Assembly (NCBI GenBank): GCA_010093745.1
Contig: MU005958.1
Span: 310,001 to 374,000, forward strand
Source of the DNA: Piedraia hortae CBS 480.64
Taxonomy: Eukaryota
DNA: 64,000 nucleotides
Reading direction: 5' to 3'
The translations under genes were made by a program, and so were the position numbers. Below, piece by piece: positions 60,673 through 64,000 of the stretch. Numbering within the stretch: position 1 is the first letter of the stretch; each line of letters opens with the position of its first letter. The notes below the pieces were generated by a model. That model did not search any database and was not told the origin of the DNA. It worked only from the letters and a program-made list of their open reading frames with translations.

Positions 60673-63128
60673 CTAACTCCATGCATCGCCCCATCCATCA
60701 TCATCATCATCATCATCTTTTTGCGTCGTTTCATCTTTTTTAGCCACGGGCTGCGGAGTAGCCCTACTGGCAGGTCTATTTCCTAAAATGGGCGCCTTTG
60801 TGGTGGTCTTCTTGGGCGCCCGCAAAGGAGTCGCCTTTTTGGTCAAGCCCTTGGGTAACGGCTTCTTGGATTTAGCAGCGGCCTGGGCATTCAGCCAGCC
60901 CTCGAAATCGGCCTCGCTATTGTCATCGTGGGCAACTGTTGGCGTGGCCGGCTTGGGTGGCTCAGCCCATGGATCAACAGGGTCTGGTGTCCCGTCAGCA
61001 TTGTCCATTGCGCCCCATTCTTGGATAAGCTCCTCCTCGGTTGGAACTGGTTGGGGAACAGGCGATGCGATGTTGAAGCCAGCCGGCGCTGCCGACACAG
61101 TAGGCAATTCCTTCTCAACCGTCGCGGGTTTGGTTTCATGAGCATTAGAAATCCGCATCTCACCACTCGCACTGGAAAGTTTGTTGGTAAAAGATGAAAC
61201 CGCCCAACCCATCCACTGCTGTGTGGCGCCGCCTGTAGACTGAATAGCAACTTTGCCGTCTCCAGATGCCGCCGAGCCCGGTGGTGGGAGTACAGTGTCA
61301 GGTAGCGTACGGGCATACTTTCCGACCCTTTCGAGATAAATGTTTAGCGTTTTGTTAGCCTGGTCACGGACGAGTTTTTCTTTATCAACGAGACTTGGAC
61401 AAATGGCGGGTAGCATTTGCGTTGCACATTCGTTTTCCGTGAATATGTCCGCCGTGGCCGCAAGCGCCATGAGCGCAGCATGGCGAGCATGAACAAACGG
61501 ATCTCGCAGTGAACGTGAAAAGGCTGCATTGAGAACTTTTGCCCGGGAGCTGGGATTGAGGCTGCGCGCGAGCTTCCCGAGGCAGATGGTTGTGTTAGTT
61601 CTGATTCCCGGCTCCCCGTCGTTTGCCGTTTTGGCCAAATGCCGTAATAGCTCACCGTTGATGACGCGATCGCTCAGCTTCGGTACGGCCACTAGGACGG
61701 CCTTTACCGTTTGTTCCCTCACCACGGGTGCAACATCACCAAAGCCAGTGACTATTTGCGGAAAAATGCTGTTCGTGACCAGTTTTTGGTTGAAATGGTC
61801 GATCATGATCGGAAGATTATTCAGTAAACAGACTCGTATTGCACGGTCGGGGCAGGCAAATAGCCGTACAATGACTGGCGTGATGATGGTATCCCACTCA
61901 TCGTTTGGCATCTTAGATGCGATCCGCATGCATAGCTCGAGGGCTCGTGGCCCGCCTCCACCAAACTCAACAGACTTGAGCAGTTCGGGCAGTACTTTTG
62001 CTCGGAAAAAGTCCTCTGGAAATTGCTCCGATGAGACGACAGGTTCCAGTTCACTAATAGCACACTCTCAGTCATAGTTCCATCTGTTCACATGGGGATG
62101 GAACCTACCGCAAAAAGGCTGCTTTCTCGCTTTCATTCTTGAGACCAAAACTCTCAACGCCGTTGCTCAATTGGATCAAGGGTATGTCGAAGAAGCCTCC
62201 GTGTCTCGTGCCTTGGACTAGGAAATTGGCTACACTCAGCCGCATTTTCGGCAGATTATGGGTGAGACGCTTGTAGCTGGCATGCATGTCAAGCGGGACA
62301 TTTTCTGTACTCCCAATCTGTTTCTCGCCTGAATTGTGGCCGTGATTAAACACCTCATGAACCAAGATACCATATTGGTAGGCATCGACAGCATGAGGGG
62401 GGTTCTTCTTGACACTTTCCCACCCGTCTCTGACCACTTCAGGAGGGGTATAGTATTCAATGCCAGGAACCAAACTGCCGCGTGAGAACATGATCCCATC
62501 GTCCTCTTTCAGCGAGGATAGAATCTCTACACCACCCACCTTCCACTCTCCGCTTTCGCTAGTGAATATCGAACCTAGCCGGATATTGCCATGTACAGAG
62601 GCGGCTTCGTCATTGATGAACTTGATCGTTTTGGCAACATCGTGCAGACCCCACTTGATACTGTCTTCTGACAGAGATCTTCGTTTCACAGCCCAGGAAA
62701 GCGGTACGATACGTTCCACAGCAATATAGATTAGCTGATCTGTCTGCCTTGAAAATTTTCCAATTAGCTTCTTGAGATCCCTTTTCCAAGGCAGCAGGGT
62801 TTTCCAATCCCACCTCAAGCGTGTCAAGCACTTTTACCATGCCAGGGTGTCGCAAAGTACGGAGCTTTCGCAGGGCGTTCCTAGCCAGTGCAAATCGCGA
62901 CTTGTCATTGGCATCTGAGAATGAGTAAACGCTGCATTTGGATCCGTCCTCCTATTTCAAAAGGCGTTAAAAGATGCCTAAAAGAACCGTGCATTGGCAT
63001 GAACACACCCTTTTGGTTCCGTTATGCAGATTCCAAATGGACTGTCCGATATCAACACGATCGCCAAAGGTATATGGGAAGGCCGGACCCTTGGCGATGG
63101 ATGCAACAGCAGACTTGAAGAAGTCCAT
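60673..63128 (-). CDS. CEX1: SCY1-family pseudokinase with HEAT repeats (Cex1/Ppk3)
   Basis: MDFFKSAVASIAKG, KLRTLRHPG, SVHGNI, SGEWKVGG, GIRTNTTICLGK, LRDPFVHAR; three introns; acidic GWGDAW end. Confidence 0.9.
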
Positions 63129-63357
63129 ATTGCTAGTTGGATTCAGTAACAAGCCAAGGCAAAGTCACCAAACGGAGCGGGCCGAGCCACAGCAAGAGGT
63201 CACAAAGGAAGAGGGAAGGCAAGAGAGGAAGAAAAAGAGGAAAATTTGAGTTTTTCATGGTAGTATGCATACTTTGCTGCCGTGAATTAGACCATAGAGT
63301 AATATACAACATCGCTGGGTATGACTGGTTCGTTACGCACAACGTATCATCCATTGC

Positions 63358-64000
63358 TTAAAAATTGCTTGCCTTGTTCACCGGAACACTGGAATGGTAC
63401 CTCTCCACGTCGTCATTTATCGAAGTCCGCGGATTGAGCTTCTCCCGAAGAATATTGCTGTCTGTCGAATCACGGAAGTCGTCTTGGGGCAGTTTTTCAC
63501 GCCTCTTATTGCCCCATATCCGCCACGCAGCAAACACTAGTCCGGCAATCAAGACGACACCACCGATAGTCCCCACCACTCCACCGATGACTTTTCTGTT
63601 CGAACTCGACATATTCCCTCCACCACTCCCACCACTGGCTAGTGTTGGCGAGATGGTGGCCTTGGCGAGACCAGTAGTACTGGAAACCACATCGGCCTCT
63701 GTGACGGTGGAGGTGAGGATAACGCCGTCCGATGTCCAAACCGACGTAAGGGTTTTCCGTACAGTCTCTGCCACCACCAATGGGGTGGTGATTGTGATGG
63801 CGGAAGAGAGAGTGGAGCGGTCGATAGTAGACGTGCCTACAACAACCAGGTTGCTGGATTTGCCTGTCTGGGTTCTGACAATGGGCAAGGACGTGGTTGT
63901 AGGAGCAGACATAACCGACGTCTTTATGCGTGAGGTGATGGTAGACCCGTCGGAATTGGTGGTAGTCACGCTGATGGTGGTGGGCACTTGGATCGAGCTG
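63358..64000 (-). CDS. Ser/Thr-rich single-pass membrane protein (Mid2-like); 5' end outside the window
   Basis: Thr-rich ectodomain, VIGGVVGTIGGVVLIAGLVFAAWRIWG TM helix, tail ending NKASNF. Confidence 0.8.
   Translation of the reverse strand, partial: SSIQVPTTISVTTTNSDGSTITSRIKTSVMSAPTTTSLPIVRTQTGKSSNLVVVGTSTIDRSTLSSAITITTPLVVAETVRKTLTSVWTSDGVILTSTVTEADVVSSTTGLAKATISPTLASGGSGGGNMSSSNRKVIGGVVGTIGGVVLIAGLVFAAWRIWGNKRREKLPQDDFRDSTDSNILREKLNPRTSINDDVERYHSSVPVNKASNF

Noticed and set aside
1..64000. Transposons, CRISPR arrays, rRNA/tRNA genes and secondary-metabolite clusters
   Set aside because: No terminal repeats, transposase or RT motifs, spaced repeats, RNA gene signatures or PKS/NRPS domains seen

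Overview
Eukaryotic nuclear DNA from a filamentous ascomycete (Pezizomycotina; a Dothideomycete with a reduced genome is my inference, not something the sequence proves). The window is very compact, with about 36 loci in 64 kb, introns of mostly 41-63 nt (GT/CTRAY/YAG) and some very short intergenic gaps. Most loci are housekeeping genes: UFD2, COQ2, POF1-like, NAT2-like, two complex I subunits, a ZIP3-like RING gene, an SDR, RSP5, AGX1, VPS29, ARO2, MET6, PAB2, POR1, ASN1, ECM25, PHO81/nuc-2, EFM6, COA1, BMT5, TRAPPC2L, DnaJ, SWC4, MRPL40, CEX1 and several cell-surface proteins. The strongest non-routine signal is gene decay. The polarity landmark gene AXL2 carries several in-frame stops and frameshifts, including a compensated pair that the ORF track hides. 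A nearly full-length Ser/Thr kinase relic, broken by stops and a frameshift, sits in an apparent intergenic gap. Smaller observations are in-frame upstream ATGs in AGX1 and POR1, a GC-AG intron, an intron-split start codon, a candidate 3'UTR intron, Pho4/NUC-1 and CpcA-type sites, and convergent stop codons 2 bp apart. I found no tRNA, rRNA, CRISPR array or recognisable transposon, and I cannot support a wholly new biological system. Gene names come from motif recognition only; no searches were run.
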